Assembly (NCBI GenBank): GCA_009914755.4
Contig: CP068257.2
Coordinates: forward strand, 29,472,001-29,536,000
Origin: the human T2T-CHM13v2.0 reference genome, Homo sapiens
DNA length: 64,000 bases
Direction of reading: 5' to 3'
Part shown: positions 27,776-43,953 of the stretch, piece after piece
Layout: every line of letters begins with the position of its first letter
Numbering within the stretch: the stretch's first letter is position 1
Program-made: the position numbers and the translations under genes
The notes under the pieces: model-generated
Database searches by the model: none
Seen by the model: the letters and a program-made list of their open reading frames with translations, nothing else
What the model was told of the DNA's origin: nothing

Positions 27776-29534
27776 TCTCCATTATCCCTTCATACTGACC
27801 CCAAGGAATAGCCCAGTCACACAGCGGCTGAAGGAGGCACAGCCTTGTACACCAGACACAGAATTACAAAAGGAACAAACATTCAGAGAATTCTCAGGGA
27901 TGGGCCACCAGGCTCACAGGCCCTTTGGAGGCCAACTGGAAGTATCTGGTTCAATTTCTATCCTACGGAGGGCAGGTCGGTCTTGTCTCCTCTTTGTGTA
28001 AGATCATGCTAATCTCCACTGCAGGGAAATAAGCGCTGAGATGCAAAGAAACTGACTCCAGCCACTCGGTCTAGACTGCCCATAGCCCTTCACACCTCAC
28101 AGCATCTGACCCCTCAAGGTTCCCAGAGCACAGACTGGCAGGTTCCCCACAAAGGTTCACACTGACCCGAGGAGGCCACACCAGCTCTTCACAGCAGCTG
28201 AGCACAAGCAACCTGAGAAGGCCTTTTATTCCCACTATGAAGCCTTCAGAAATCAGAGAGGCTGGGACAGCTAGGTCCTCTTAGAAATGAAAGAGCTCTA
28301 CCCCAATGACTCTAATCTCAGAAGCGCCACCATGCCACTGGGACCACAGCTCAATGCTATGATTCCCTCGATTTCCCTCAATCTTAACCATTGTGGATCA
28401 CAGCAGGAGGGCCAGAAAGTGAGCTTCAGCCTGGCACCGGGACCTCAGCCTCTCCCTTAAACTTTCCCTAATCCTCGGAGCTAGTGTTACTCAAGTGACT
28501 CCACAGTGTTGCCCGATCCCTTCAGACATGGCCTTGATGATCTCCAAAACTCATGCTACCTTTGCCAGCCTAAAGCATCCACTCTGTGCCCCAAAACGTG
28601 AATGTCAAATACCCTTCAAGGCAGAAGGCTATTTCTATTTTTGTTTGTTTCTGTTTAAGGCAACAATCACCAACATTTGGTACACATGAGCCATCCTGTG
28701 AAACATCAAGGCGCTTCGTTGGCAGCAAGTCAACTTCGGTTTCAGAAGAAAGCTGCACTATTTCCTGAGGTTAGAGGTTTAAACCAAAACAAGACAACCA
28801 CATTTTAACCCCAAATCTGCCGACTGAGGGTAACCATGATCCTTCCTTCACAGCACCTCTTCCTTATTTCAACTCCTTGCTCAGCCTTTCTGCTAGTTCT
28901 GCCTTGCTACTTGAAATCACACCCAAACCATCAAACTTGTCTCTTTAACGGCTGGGAATCCACAGAAGCTCATCATGACTACAGCCTTTGTTCATAATCC
29001 CAATTTTAATCCTTCCCCTTCTCTTTCCTATTACTCTGGAGAGGATTCTGAATAATGATAAACACGTCTTGTACCTCAGAGCCTTCAGTTTTTCTCTTAT
29101 GAACTACAGCCCCTATTGAGTTTGCTGACAGTGTGATGCCCATGAAGCTGGAGTATGCAGTCTCCATTTACACCAGGGACAGGTGCTGTGGGCCCGCCTT
29201 CCTGGAGACAGCACCCACACCGACTTCTCATAAACAGCCCAGGAGGCAGGGAACAGAGTAATGTAGAGTCCACTATCGGAGCCTGTGCAGAAAGTGGTAC
29301 CTAAATCCCCAACCTCAAAACCAGCATTTTCCTGAATCACTTACACCATGGGTTGGCAAACAAGGGCCCTCAGGCCAGACCCAGGCCTGCTGCCACCTGT
29401 GTGGTGCAGCTGCTGATCCAGCCATCTCATTCATTTACATGTTATCTAGGGCTGCTTCTGGCTCCAGTGGCAAAGCATGTGGCCTCTTGGCCCAAAGCCT
29501 AAAATGTACTATGTAGCCTTTAACAGAAAAGAGG

Positions 29535-29875
<341 letters not shown>

Positions 29876-30194
29876 CTACTTAAATTATTTTCTTATTCTA
29901 AATCTCTTGATTTCTAACTACAGTGAATCTGTAAAACTGAGGGCAAAGCCATGAAAAATCTAAATGTTGACCTCTATGACTGCTAGTCTGTAGTCCCACA
30001 TCACTGTGTGGGTCATTTACATCAATATCCTGCATCCCATGAATGACCCATTAAGCAGCATCCAGGAGATCCCAGACTCCTCCAAGAAGAAATCACTATA
30101 GAAGAAACACAAGTGGTGATGTTGAAAAGAAAGCAAATACTACTTCCCCCCTCCCCCAAAACACCTACCCCATCAAAAACTAACAACTTGTTAA

Positions 30195-30578
<384 letters not shown>

Positions 30579-31678
30579 TGACCTCAACAGCTACAGGGGC
30601 TCTTTGGAAATTTTGGGAATATTAGTAACTTTTCAATGAAGGCTAAGTCATTGAAATACAAAGTCCAATGGATCTTTGCATTAAATACTTTGATTTTAAA
30701 ATCACTAGGACATTCCATTTGGGGATACTTTGTTCACATCATGGAGGAAAAAAAAAAGTTTAGTTAAGAAGGAGAAAGCAACCTCCGTTCCCAGCAAGCC
30801 CACAAAAATAATATAAGGCAAGAGAATAAGGCAGATTTCCATTATATTATGTTCCTACCCATGAGTCTTTTAGCAAGAGGCTAGGACAAAACGCAACCTA
30901 AAACAAAAGCATGGAGTGTTGATAGTTTTATATTCATGAACAACACAGCAATATGCCAATAAGCATTTACATTGCAACAACAAGCTATGTTTCCTAAATT
31001 ATATGCTAACCCATGTTTTTTCTCTCTCTCAAAAAGCATATTACAATACAATCACATGAGATCTCTAATTGCAGCAATTGCATCCATCTAAACTGGTTTA
31101 TTAAAAAATAAGTCATTCGCAAACATCTCTAATTTCACTAGTATTGAGTGGCAATGCGATTGGGATGCACCTCACAGCTGATCCAGGCACTCCAGAGTTG
31201 CCACAACAGCTCAGCTGAGAACCAGCATCCTAAATCCTGGCCTTAAGACCAAACAGCAACAAAGTCAGGAAGCAAATAAAAGATCTAGGACTGGGGGGTC
31301 TCAGAAACAGAGGCCATTTTGTCTTGATTTTTCACTTTATTTTTCCTTGGTTTATAATTAACCCATTATTTTGAAAAGACACGCAGAGCAGCAGCCAAAA
31401 AAAAAAAAATTCTTTTCCTGCCTCTGTGTTTATGTCTGGGATAGACTTGGGCACAGCCATTTCCGCCCACCCATGTGGCTGAGTGACCACATAGGGCAAT
31501 TTAACTCGAAGGTTTCATTTAGTGTTTGTGAGATGTTGGTGGCTACGGCAGGAAGACCGATTCAAGTAACTGCAATTAACTTTATTTTTAATCAATTGGG
31601 TCTTGAAAAAGAAATGTTCTTGTTTTGAAAACTAAGCTAGACTTTTCCCCCTCCATAAAACGCTTTTCTGATACACAC

Positions 31679-31787
31679 CGAATGCTGCCAACTCTGGTTC
31701 CTTTTTCCACTTGCCCAGCGAGGCCGGCGGGTTCAGCCAGATCACGGTAGTGTGCAAAAGCAGGTCTCCCATGCTCAGATCTGCAAC
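31679..31787 (-). CDS. TIAM1: TIAM1 exon at the DH to C-terminal PH junction, 109 bp, encoding VADLSMGDLLLHTTVIWLNPPASLGKWKKEPELAAF(V)
   Basis: Acceptor ctttcAG|GTTGCA and donor GCATTCG|GTGTGT. It enters in phase 0 and leaves in phase 1. Confidence 0.87.
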
Positions 31788-34700
31788 CTGAAAGCCAGAG
31801 ACGTGACAAAGCTTACTGGGTGGTGTTATCAATACTCAGATTTTCATGATGTTTGAAAATTCAGCATGCTGATATTAATTTTACTTCAAGAAAATACTGC
31901 TCCTAAAAACATTTGCTTAAATATGTGAGATAATGCTAAGTTAAACTGCTGGATTTAGCCATTCCACAATGTAACATATCAAAACATCATGTTGTACACC
32001 ATAAATATATAAAATTTTTACTTGTCAATTTCATGTTTTTGAGAAAAGAAATCGCACCAAAATGACAGACTACATTTTTTAAAAATATTTTCGATTTGTG
32101 ACTGTCTCAATAAACACCACCTCCCATCAAAACAGGCTGAAGATACAATATCCAGTTAACCTTTCCAATGGGAAATAATAGTATCATTATGTTCTAGCCA
32201 AGTTTGAGCTAGGAACAATACAATGAAATTTTAACGAAAAAAAAAATCCTTTAATTCATATGAAATCTCCTAATTGAAAAATAAATCCTCTCCATTCCCA
32301 AAGAAACACATGGAATACAGGGGAGAGAAAAGGCTCATCTTTTTTTTCCCCATTTATTCCATGCTTGTCTACTAGAATTTCAGAAAAGGATGGCAAATAG
32401 GTACAAACTGGGGCTCTGAAATTCACATGCAGTTAGTCTGTCAAAACTGATCTACAAAACTGGAGATGTTTTGTGTTCAGAGACAGTTTCCCAAGGAGAT
32501 GCTAATGGCCGTCCATGACAAAGATCCACCCCCAGATAACTGCAGACATTTCCACCAGTGAATATCCACTTTTGGGAAATGTAGGCAAATTATTTCTTCT
32601 TCCAATCCATTTCAAAGACGACTTTATTTCACTTTAGATGAGGGAGAGAGAAGCCAATAAAGAGTTTGAAGATTCCTCTATTGGCACAGGCAGCGTGAAT
32701 GCTGGAATCCCAAGAGACCATGAGGTTTAGTCGCTCACCCCCAGCGGTCACACGCTAAACTGTCTCCGACAGACAAGTGCTGGTTGCAGAGCCATCTAGA
32801 CACGATGATCCAGAGAGTCTGATGCAAGTTCAACGTCTATGCCTCACAACAGTCCCGTCTGCTTTTCTCACTGCAGTCACTGGCCTCCTTCCAAATCTAG
32901 CTGGGTTTCCTATACAGCAGCAACCTGGCGACCCGCCACTGAACACAGTGCAGTTTGGATTGCCCTTCTCGAGCCACCAAAACAGGCTACCGTGCTGAGA
33001 TGTGGCTCCAGCAGTACAGGATACAGAGGTATTGTTGCCTCCCTTGATTGAAATTATTATAATCATCACTGTCATTATTACTAAGCTATAGTACCATTAG
33101 TACAATCAAGGGTTAAAATAATTTTTAAGCAGCCATATTATTTTGTCTATAGATATTAAGTAACTCATCAACCAAACCCCCAGGATATGATCAGCCAAGG
33201 TAATGACATAGTCTCCACTACCTATCCCCCGAAGACCCACATAGAAGAGGAGGAGTTACATACAAAAGACAAATTCCCAGAGGCCACAGCCCCTGGGAGT
33301 ACGTCTTTAAAAGTGATTAAAGGCCAACATGGTAGACTGTCCAAACTCTACTTCTTCCAACAGAATTACATTATCTGCACCTTCTGCCATGTGATTTTCC
33401 AGCACCTCCCACTAGACTAGGCAGGGTACACACATCGCCGCCCGGATGACTTTGGGTGTAGGCATGTGACTTAGAGCCCACCTTCCAGCCATGGGAAGGA
33501 CTTGCCCAAGACAGCCATTGCTGCTTCAGCCTGGATCCTGGAAGGAAGAGACAAGGAGCACACCAGAACCTTCAGAACTGGAGCTAACCAAGAGAAACCA
33601 AACCTTGGTTGACCTACAAAGCCACATACGAGATAAATATCTGTTGTAGAGAACCACTGAGATTTCCAGTTATTTGTTACACAACTGAAAATGGGCTGAT
33701 GCTGTTCCTGTGCACAGGGTTTTTCTCTGGACAAGCTTCCCAGGGCAAGTGGACTAGGGGGTCAGGGTGCTCCCTCTGGCCACAGCCTCTCTCTGGGGCT
33801 TCCACTGGTTCCCTTCTGAATCCTCCTCCCAAACCCCAAGAAAGAGTTCTGCTGGGAGGCCTCCACCTTACTAAGGACTGGGATGCCCGACTGAGTCAGC
33901 ATTTTTAAGGACTTCTTTTAAGGGGAAATGCCCTCTTGCATTCTTCTTCCTCCTAGTTAAGCAAAAGGGATTTCTTAGCCTAACTCCCCAGAGTTTAACA
34001 TGGGGGTAGGAGGTTGAAGGCCCAGTTTCATCAAAAAGCTGTTTCTTTGCCAGCTTTGTTCTCTGTGAACCTATTTGCCTTCAGAGATATCTTAAGGAAT
34101 GTTGGTTGAAGACCCAATTCAGGTACCTTGTGTTCCTAGAATGTTACCATTTTACAATAAACCTGCTGTTACCAGCAGATACTGATAAATGTTCCTATTC
34201 CTCTTTACAAACTTCATCAATCCATTCTAGGCTGTTACTTCACATTGCCACTAAGAGGGAACCACAAGGATCAGGAATTACTTTTGTGAAAATCTGAATA
34301 TAATTTGGGTACCTCCACAATCACCCGCCTGAGTCTCCGTAATTCTTCCAATATACTGCTGAGAGCAGTGGAACAGAATTGTCATTGATCTTGGCACAGA
34401 CCATCCTATTTCCCAAGACTCATTCTCCCTAGGGTTTTGTTCTTACGGCATTGAGGCTGCTGCATCCTTTCCAGTTTAAAGGCCATTCTCCTCAATGGAA
34501 GAAAAAGAGATGAAATGGGGCTTAAGACTTGAGTAAAACCAACTGCCTTGGAGTAATTGATTCCCACTGGGGGTCTATTTCCTGCTCGTTTGTCTTATCC
34601 TTCCACAACAATATCTTCTCTTGCTCTCTTTGGCATCTTTTCCAAGCCAGAAATTTTCTGGGCTTTGCACCTCCTGGTAAAAGTAGGATTTTCCTCCTCT

Positions 34701-36863
34701 TCAGTCCTGGTACTCAGCCAGTGTCCCTCCTTCCATCTTTTGCACATTTCTTTTTACAATCTCAGCCCACAAAAAATACTTTGTATAGCACTATATCACT
34801 TTGTTCCTCACTGGAAAGATTTCTTACATATCAGAATTTCATTTTAAAGGACTTCCAGGTTCACTGAAGCCATATTCCCTTTTACAGTCTCTGACTTCTG
34901 ATCATATTCATCTTTTTTTCCTAAATTCTTTGCAACCCAATATCCATTTCGCCTTCTAATCTTTAGCATCATGGTCATTTGCTCCTAAGGTCATTACAAT
35001 CTAATAATTAATTTGGCATATAAAGAAAATGTAATATGACGTAATGAAAATGTTCATTTCCATGGCCCAGTAAAATGCACTTCTGTCAGAATGAAATAAA
35101 CCAAAGGATGGGAGGACTTCTTATAATAAAAAAAAGTTTACAGTATTATTCATATTAGTCAATAACAAAAAGCATTAAAATTCTGTGATCAACATAAAAT
35201 CAAGGTATAAAATTACCTTCAAGATATAACTAAACATATACATAGATATTAATTTAAAACAATCAAAATCAACACCAAAATATGGTAAGTTCTATGTCTT
35301 GAAACCATAGTTTTCTTCTTGCCTTTTTCTGTATTTTGCCCTCTTCTTTAATAAGCATAATTTTTTTCTTCTTATAAAGTTTTATAAGAAAGTGAGAGCT
35401 AAGTCCAGGGTGGCAACCTTCATCTTTTCTATACTCTGATAGATTAAATTACCTGCCAAGTAGTCTCAGAACATTCTCATGCTCTGCTTGTAATGTTATG
35501 TAAAAACAAAATTGTGTTGCAGTTGAAAACTACATATCCTCTACAGCAGACCTTCCTGGGCTATCAGATCCTGACTGTACACTGTCTTTGAGAGCCTGTG
35601 CGATTCTTTGTAAAGTGTAGGTAACAGACAGATGTGTAAATTCTGTCCAGTCTGATACTGGCCTAGCTGATTTCCTCCAGCTGTGGAAAAACCAGTTTGT
35701 CTCATTTACAATTCACCTCAACATTTCTTCACTCCATATGTAAACTTCTGTGATTGTGATTTTTCCAATGAACCTTTACAACACCTGCCTGGGTCCTTCA
35801 CATCTTATGAGTAAAATAAATTATGAGAGGTCATAATTTTACCTCTTTCAGAAAATTATCCTTTAACAGCCTGAAAACTTGTTTTGTTTCATTAAGGACA
35901 AAAAAATGAGCCTGGATAATGGCCTTTAGTATCTCTGGAGATAAGGTGCTTTCTCTAGCCTACACTAAACAACCAAACTTTGCCCCACCCACACTGCTTT
36001 TAACCCTGCTGCTAGTCACAGCAAGAGTGTTTTTCCTCTAGGTTCCTTCCCACATTTTCTCTTTTTTAAGGTGGAAAGAAAAACTGAGTCTAATCTCTAG
36101 TTGAATTTGAGCATACAGAGGCATTGACGAATGTTACTATATATCATATCCCTATGATTCCTCTAAGTATTATTGGCATTTTGTAATTGAAAAATAATAA
36201 TTGTATGTATTCAGGGGTACACAGTAATGCTTTGATATATGTACTGTATAACCCATCAGATCAGAGCAATTAACTTATCCATCATCTCAAACATCTACCA
36301 CTCCTCTGTGTTGGCAACATACTTTTATTCAGGTAAGTGCATGTTAATGACTCAGGCACAACTTTTAGCTCACCTTAAGTCTTTCTCAGGTGTATCTGTT
36401 CCTGCCACTGCTCTTCTAAGTAGGTTTTTGGGTAGATTTAACTGATTCAGAGTCATTTGAAATTTTCATTCCTTTGACAACTATTTTTTGGGCACCCACT
36501 ATGTGCCTGGTGTCATTCTAATCTCTGGAGGTAGAGCCTTGGACTTTCATGACATTTCTAGAAACAGCCCAGATTGTGGTAATGGAAGTTCACTTTCACA
36601 CTTAACACAGAATAAAGCCAGAGATCCCCAGGGTGAGGAGCTGAACATCAGGAAAACATTTCCTACAGGAAGAAATAGTCCAGCTGAGGAAGAAAATTCA
36701 CATTGCAGCCTTGGATAAAGCACAGATGTTCCACTAAGAAAAACAACAGCATCCTAACTATTTTACTTACAAGTAACACCTTTTTAAAAAATAAATAAAT
36801 AAATAAAAGCAAACTCAAACTCGGCTTTCCTGACAGATGTCCTGAGAAGATGGGGACCCTCAC

Positions 36864-36982
36864 CTCTTTTTTCTCACCAGTCTGTTCAGCAATCAGCTGG
36901 TCAAACACAGCCCCAAACTCTTCATGGATTTTCTGCATCTCATTGATGTGACTGGCAACCTTGTTCATGGTCTTGATGGCCA
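36864..36982 (-). CDS. TIAM1: TIAM1 DH-domain exon, 119 bp, encoding (V)AIKTMNKVASHINEMQKIHEEFGAVFDQLIAEQTGEKKE. An intron of only 88 bp (36983-37070) separates it from the preceding exon.
   Basis: Acceptor tcttccAG|TGGCCA and donor AAAGAG|GTGAGG. The frame is continuous. Confidence 0.88.
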
Positions 36983-37070
36983 CTGGAAGAAAACAGGTTG
37001 TGAAATGAGAGGCTATTTAGAGACCCTCATGGAGACTCAGGCCTGCCGGGGGTCCCAGGCCGAGGCCTAC

Positions 37071-37250
37071 CGTCCAGGTGGTAGTGCTCCTCGCTCTCCG
37101 CATCGGTCAGGGCGAACAGCTCCCTGAGCAGAAGTGGGTACTTGAGGATCCTCTGGATGGGCTTGATGAGGTACGACTCCAGCGTGGATGAGTGCTGCTG
37201 CTTCGGGTTCTGGGCATCCAAGAATGCCTTGAAAGCCGTGTCTGTCTTGG
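37071..37250 (-). CDS. TIAM1: TIAM1 DH-domain exon, 180 bp, encoding (A)[59 protein letters not shown](V)
   Basis: Acceptor ctgccAG|CCAAGA and donor GGACG|GTAGGC. It contains the highly conserved DH motif [22 protein letters not shown]. It enters in phase 1 and leaves in phase 1. Confidence 0.9.
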
Positions 37251-38085
37251 CTGGCAGGGTTTAAACACAGGTCATGGGGGTGGAACGCCCACGTGACTCC
37301 CTTCCCACAATTTCCCTCCCTTCCTCAGTGACTCCAAGGTGCCTTTTTGCAGGACTGAGCAGAGAGTGGGTGGCAGGAAGAGGGACAGGTAGGGGAGGGG
37401 GCAGTCAGGGAGACCACAGGCAGTCAGATCTATGTATTTATGTGTTGGGGGTGGGGTGGGGAGAAGCCTGATGAGTTAAAGGATGACGGAGTGTAGACTG
37501 CAGACACCCGGATTTCCAGCGGCTGCTCTTTATCCTCCTCCTATTACACATGTTTTTTTATCCTGATGTTTTGACACCTGGGGCCTTACTGTCCATGGGG
37601 AGACTGCCCCGCCCACGCTGGCCAGTTCCTGGAGATAGTAAAAGACTTGCCAGGAAATGTGCCTTTTATAGAGTCCCCACACACTGCCACCTCCTGTCTG
37701 AGGCTCTTACACCCTGGGCCACCATTCCCCTGTCCTAATCATCTCAGGGTGGGGAGCACACATCTCGGCTTCGAGTGCACCACAGAGCCCGGCCTCCCCA
37801 GTTCCTTCCCTCAGAAACCCCAAGAAAGGCTCTTGGCCACATTTTCCCCTCGCTCCCTCTGCCTCCTGACACTGCATGTCCTCATCTGGCCCGCATGGCA
37901 TGGGGTGCCCCTGCCTCTTGGGAACTGTGAGTGACAAACTAATAATCATCCGTCCCCTGAGCTGTTGGCCCTGTCATCCCAAAATAATGATAAACCTACA
38001 TTCTGAACACTCCTTACCCTGGTTTTCCTAATCTTTCAAGCATTTCACTGCTGGAAAAACCTCTTTTGAAAAAGGCAAGCATGCC

Positions 38086-38560
<475 letters not shown>

Positions 38561-39229
38561 TCAGGCAGCACTTTCCTCACCAGCCTTGCCTCCTTCCTCA
38601 GTGTCCCAGCTGGTTTGGGAAGCAGCCCTGGGGAGTTGTGGGACCCCAAACAGAGGTACCTGGCAGGGGATGATACGAAGCCGTGGCTAATGTCTTCCAG
38701 GTGCAAAGGAATGTCAGGGGAGGGCAAAATATGGGAAGAGGAGGGGACAGTGTATCCAAGCAACGTAACAGTGGACACACGCTGCCTCTGGGCTGGTGAG
38801 CACCTGGGGGTGATGGGGGCTGTGGCACGTCCAGCGTGGGCACTCTGGACGTTTCCAGTGTGGAAACTCCACACACCCCTCCCCCATACCTCGCCCAGTC
38901 ACCTCTCCATTTGGCTATTCCTGAGCAGCATCCTTTATGATAAACCAGTAAATGAACACAATCAACATTGGAAAAAGCACATTCTTCACATTCATCTGGA
39001 TGACTTTCCCCCATTGGAAATTCATTTCCAATGAATATTCATCTGGATGACTTTCCCCCACTGGAAATTTAACATGGCACTCCAGTGACTCGATACTTTT
39101 CATAACAGCACCTGGAATGTCACAGGAACTCAAAAATCTCTTCAATAAATAAATACCCTCTCCCCGCAAAAAACAGTGGGAGTGTATATATAATTTTTAT
39201 ATATATATATACACACACACACACGTATA

Positions 39230-39400
39230 TTTTATTAGAAAGTTTAAAATATAGAAATTTAAAAGTTTAATGATATATATTTTTTATTAGAAAGCTTAAA
39301 ATACAAAAATTTAAAAGTTTAATGATATTTATAGATTTTATTAGAAAGTTTAAAATATATAAACATTAAACTTTTAAAATGTCTAATAAAAATGTCTTTC
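39230..39400. repeat. AT-rich minisatellite-like tandem repeat with roughly 3 copies of a unit of about 60 bp, preceded by (TA)n(CA)n at 39200-39228
   Basis: The unit ttttattagaaagtttaaaatatagaaatttaaaagtttaatgatat recurs three times with variation. Confidence 0.85.
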
Positions 39401-39473
39401 CATCCCCAGTGGTTAGGGGTATGAGCTAAGACTAAAGATGCTATAAAAGGGCATCAGAACATGATTCTTCTGT

Positions 39474-39785
<312 letters not shown>

Positions 39786-40289
39786 TAATTTTAAAACACA
39801 GCAATCATGGGGGAAGACCTCATAAGACCACAATCTTGTTATCCCTTTTAAGCCCCATTAAGAGAACAGACTCCCTGGGTTGGCATCATTTCTTGTCTTT
39901 CCAAAGCACAAAATCCTGAAGAGAAAGGACACTGGGAAGAGTGGCCGACTGGCCCCATGTGACAGGAGAGCTGGGCCGGGCTGGGGGCCAGCATATGTGG
40001 AACTGATGGATTTTGTGGGGCATCCCAAGTCTAGGGCCACATCTAGAAGGACCTAGGAACTCTTCCCCAACAAAATATTCTCGTCCAAAAATATGGCTGT
40101 GGGTATTTCACCCATCGACTGAATTCCATATCAGAGCAAAAGACTGCACAGTTCACAGCGCTTGGCGCAGTCCAGGAGCGTCACTCCTCCAGGCCAGCTG
40201 TGAGTCCGCGATGAACATGAACATGCACTTTGTTGTTCTCAGAGTTATCCTGACACTCTGGGCTCATTAGACAATTAGAAAATATGGGT

Positions 40290-40580
40290 CAGCTGGGCAT
40301 GGTGGATCACACCTGTAATCCGAGCACTCCGGGAAGCCAAGGCGGGCAGATCACCTGAGGTCAGGAGTTCAAGACCAGCCTGGCCAACATGGTGAGACCC
40401 CCGTCTCTACTAAAAATACAAAAATTAGCTGGGCATGGTGGCGTGCACCTGTAATCCCAGCTATTCAGGAGGCTGAGGCAGGATAATCACTTGAACCTGG
40501 GAGGCAGAGGTTGCAGTGAGCCGAGATCACACCACTGCGCTCCAGCCTGGGTGACAGAGTGAGACTCCATCTCAGAAAAA

Positions 40581-40607
<27 letters not shown>
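40290..40607 (+). mobile_element. Alu SINE with a 13-bp target-site duplication gaaaatatgggtc
   Basis: cagctgggcatggtggatcacacctgtaatccgagcactccgggaagccaaggcggg... plus a long poly-A. Perfect direct repeats gaaaatatgggtc sit on both sides. Confidence 0.95.
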
Positions 40608-40612
<5 letters not shown>

Positions 40613-41914
40613 ATATGGGTCATTCCCACTGTTTTAAGGGATAGTTTTGAAAGATAATATAATATTTTTCTTATTGAATTAAGAAAAAATCCATGGGGGC
40701 AGAATTTAATCTAATTGAGTGATTAAAAATAACACAAATTGCTCAAGGGCAGAGATGGGTATATAATTTCACTGTGGAGCAAAGCACTCTAAAATTGTTA
40801 CTTTAACAATCTCGTAACAATTAGCATTCAATAAAGGTTTTAAAAGAAACACACTGCACACACAGAGCCATATGCCCAACACAGCACACGGGAAAGGTCA
40901 GGCAGCATGACAAGGAGAATCCCAGGTCCCCTTTTCATTTGAGGTTCCACCAGAACTCTGTTGCACAGACCACCACTACCGTTAAGACTGTTTTTATCTG
41001 GGGCAGGCTCTTTGTTACCCAGAGATCTGTATTGTGCTAATACTTCCTATAATAGGTTTTAAATTAAGTCAAGCTAGTTCTCTTTGGCAGCAAACATAAA
41101 CACAAGAACATTATTTACATATCCGGGGACCTGATCAGCAGCTGTTTACTTGGCAGCTACAGTGAAGTGTTAAGGAACAGCAAGCTGATTTCCAGAGATT
41201 CTTTAAAATCAAACTTTCTGTTGGTGCAACTGTTTGCCAAGAAAATGTTTCCTTAATCCTTTTACCATCAAAAACCACCATATGCTGAACTATGGCGACA
41301 TAACCACTTTCTGGAGACTCTCAGAATGTTCCACCGTCTTCTCAGAGCACTTAAGGAAAAGCAGCTTGCCCATATAAAAATTCTACTGTGTCCTGCACAA
41401 AAATAACTACAAATGCAGCAGTTTTCAAGGATAACTGAGACAACTTTAGAAGTGCTTTTGGGAGCTGTTATCACACTCCCAGGAACAAAAGTAGGTGAAG
41501 GAAAGATAAAATTCCACAAAAAGGTATACGGTAAGTCCTCACTTAATGTAGTCAGTAAGTTCTTGGAAACTGCAACTTTATGCAAAATGACATACAATGA
41601 AACCAATTTTTTTCCTCATCAACATTATAACAAAATGATGTTGAACAAAATGACATTAGTTGGGAACCTGCTGTACATCGTGTCACTTAAAAGTCACAGT
41701 TTCCAAGAACCTGTCGACAACGTGAAGTGAGGACTTAGTTATGAAGTGTGGTAGGTTATAATCGAAATTAAAGAAAAACAGAAATAAAGCAGGGAATTTC
41801 TAAACCCCCTACGTTTTTACATAACTGCAAAATGACCCATCAATTCTGGCCCCAAATAGCAAGGTAAAACTTTCATTACAAGAAAATTGACAAAACCATT
41901 AATTCAAGATATTG

Positions 41915-42529
<615 letters not shown>

Positions 42530-42639
42530 CTATCTGGCAACCAATGACTCTTAGATTTCTGCCCAAAAGCCCCCAACCACTGTCAGCCACACAACTGACA
42601 AGCAACACACCCCCACCTCCACATCCTCAGAGGCCTTAC

Positions 42640-42748
42640 CTTTCACCAGGACCTTGGGAACTTTTGTGTGGCTGGCGCAGAAGGCACTGTAGAGCTTGAA
42701 GCGGTCAGCATAATACAGGAATGATCCCCCCAGAGAGAACAGCACTTT
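42640..42748 (-). CDS. TIAM1: TIAM1 DH-domain exon, 109 bp, encoding [36 protein letters not shown](A)
   Basis: Acceptor atccAG|AAAGTG and donor GTGAAAG|GTAAGG, leaving phase 1. The RhoGEF motif [16 protein letters not shown] is present. Confidence 0.88.
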
Positions 42749-43377
42749 CTGGATTTGACGAGAAAAGGCACAGTTGGTTGTTTCCTTCCTCCACTGGAAA
42801 TATCAGCAGGTTATGGCAGGGAGCTCACATCTGCCTGGCCCACCCCACAAATCAACATCTTCCGTGCCTGTCAGAGCCTTTCTTTGCTATCAAATGCCCT
42901 AAAATTGCCCATTACAAAGTATGTGCTTGTACAAGTTTGTGTAAAAGGTGTTGGACTTTTTGTCTTCTTAGTATTTATAGGGTAGATGTCCCTGGTTTTC
43001 CAGGTCTGTGTCTTTTAATAACCTATCCGGGCTGTTTGAATGTTGATGAGAAAGTATATACTTTGGAAAAGTCAGAAATCTCAATTCTCTCATTAGCTCC
43101 TGTTGGCAAACTAAATAAAGGCAGGAAATGCTCATACCTCCCGCCCCCGAAGCAGAAAACATGTTCCTCTGATCACTATCTTCATGCCTTCCAAAACCAC
43201 CTTCTCCTCTAGCAACTAAGAACATAAGCAATATTAAAGGAAGAAACACGCTCAACTATGGAAGTCAGGTATCATCTCCCCAGCCTCTCTGCCCTGTCCC
43301 AGTAGGATCACAACTGGGTAGAGGCCTTCTCATTAAGATTTTACTATGCCTGAGAAGATACTTTGTATCCCACACAT

Positions 43378-43553
43378 TATATATAGAGATATGTTATATG
43401 TAAATATATAATATATAGATATATATAAATATATATTCTATAAAATATATATTTTATATAATATATAAAATATATAATATATAAAAATATATAATATATA
43501 ATTAATATATTATATTAATATATTATATTAAAATATATATATATATATATGGC
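43378..43553. repeat. AT-rich simple repeat with (TATAT/ATATA)n-like units
   Basis: It is a long run of atatat / tatataa / ttaatatat units. Confidence 0.95.
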
Positions 43554-43748
43554 CTCAGAAAAACACCTTCTGTTTCACACTGAAAGAGTCTTGTTTAGAG
43601 AGGGACCTTATTTAGCTTATTGAGGCTTAGAATTAAAAGGCAGGGTTCAAGCAAAGAAATAAGGTTTTGAATTTGAGTAACAAACTAGGTTCCCCAAAGT
43701 GCAATTTATCTAATGAACAATGCAGAGGATTCTGAGTCTGTCCATGAC

Positions 43749-43773
43749 CAAAAAAAAAAAAAAAAAAAAAAAA
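43749..43773. repeat. Poly(A) tract of 25 nt
   Basis: ccaaaaaaaaaaaaaaaaaaaaaaaaggt. Confidence 0.95.
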
Positions 43774-43953
43774 GGTTTATTTTAAACCATACATAATTGG
43801 TAATTAGATGCCTCACTACTCTTCTTACGTGTTCTCCTTTTCCTCCTTTACTTTCCAAGCCCTCCGCAAATCTCCACCCTGGCTTGGAGGGTGTCAGCAG
43901 GAGTACCCTGGGTACTGCCATCGGACTCTGTGAGGGAGTTATCCTTGGAGCCT

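Noticed and set aside
39180-39400. AT-rich tandem array (also 43378-43553), checked for CRISPR-like or other regular repeat-spacer architecture
   Set aside because: The units are variable AT-rich minisatellite or microsatellite copies without unique spacers. The context is eukaryotic, so no CRISPR, operon, RBS or rho-independent terminator interpretation applies anywhere in this window.
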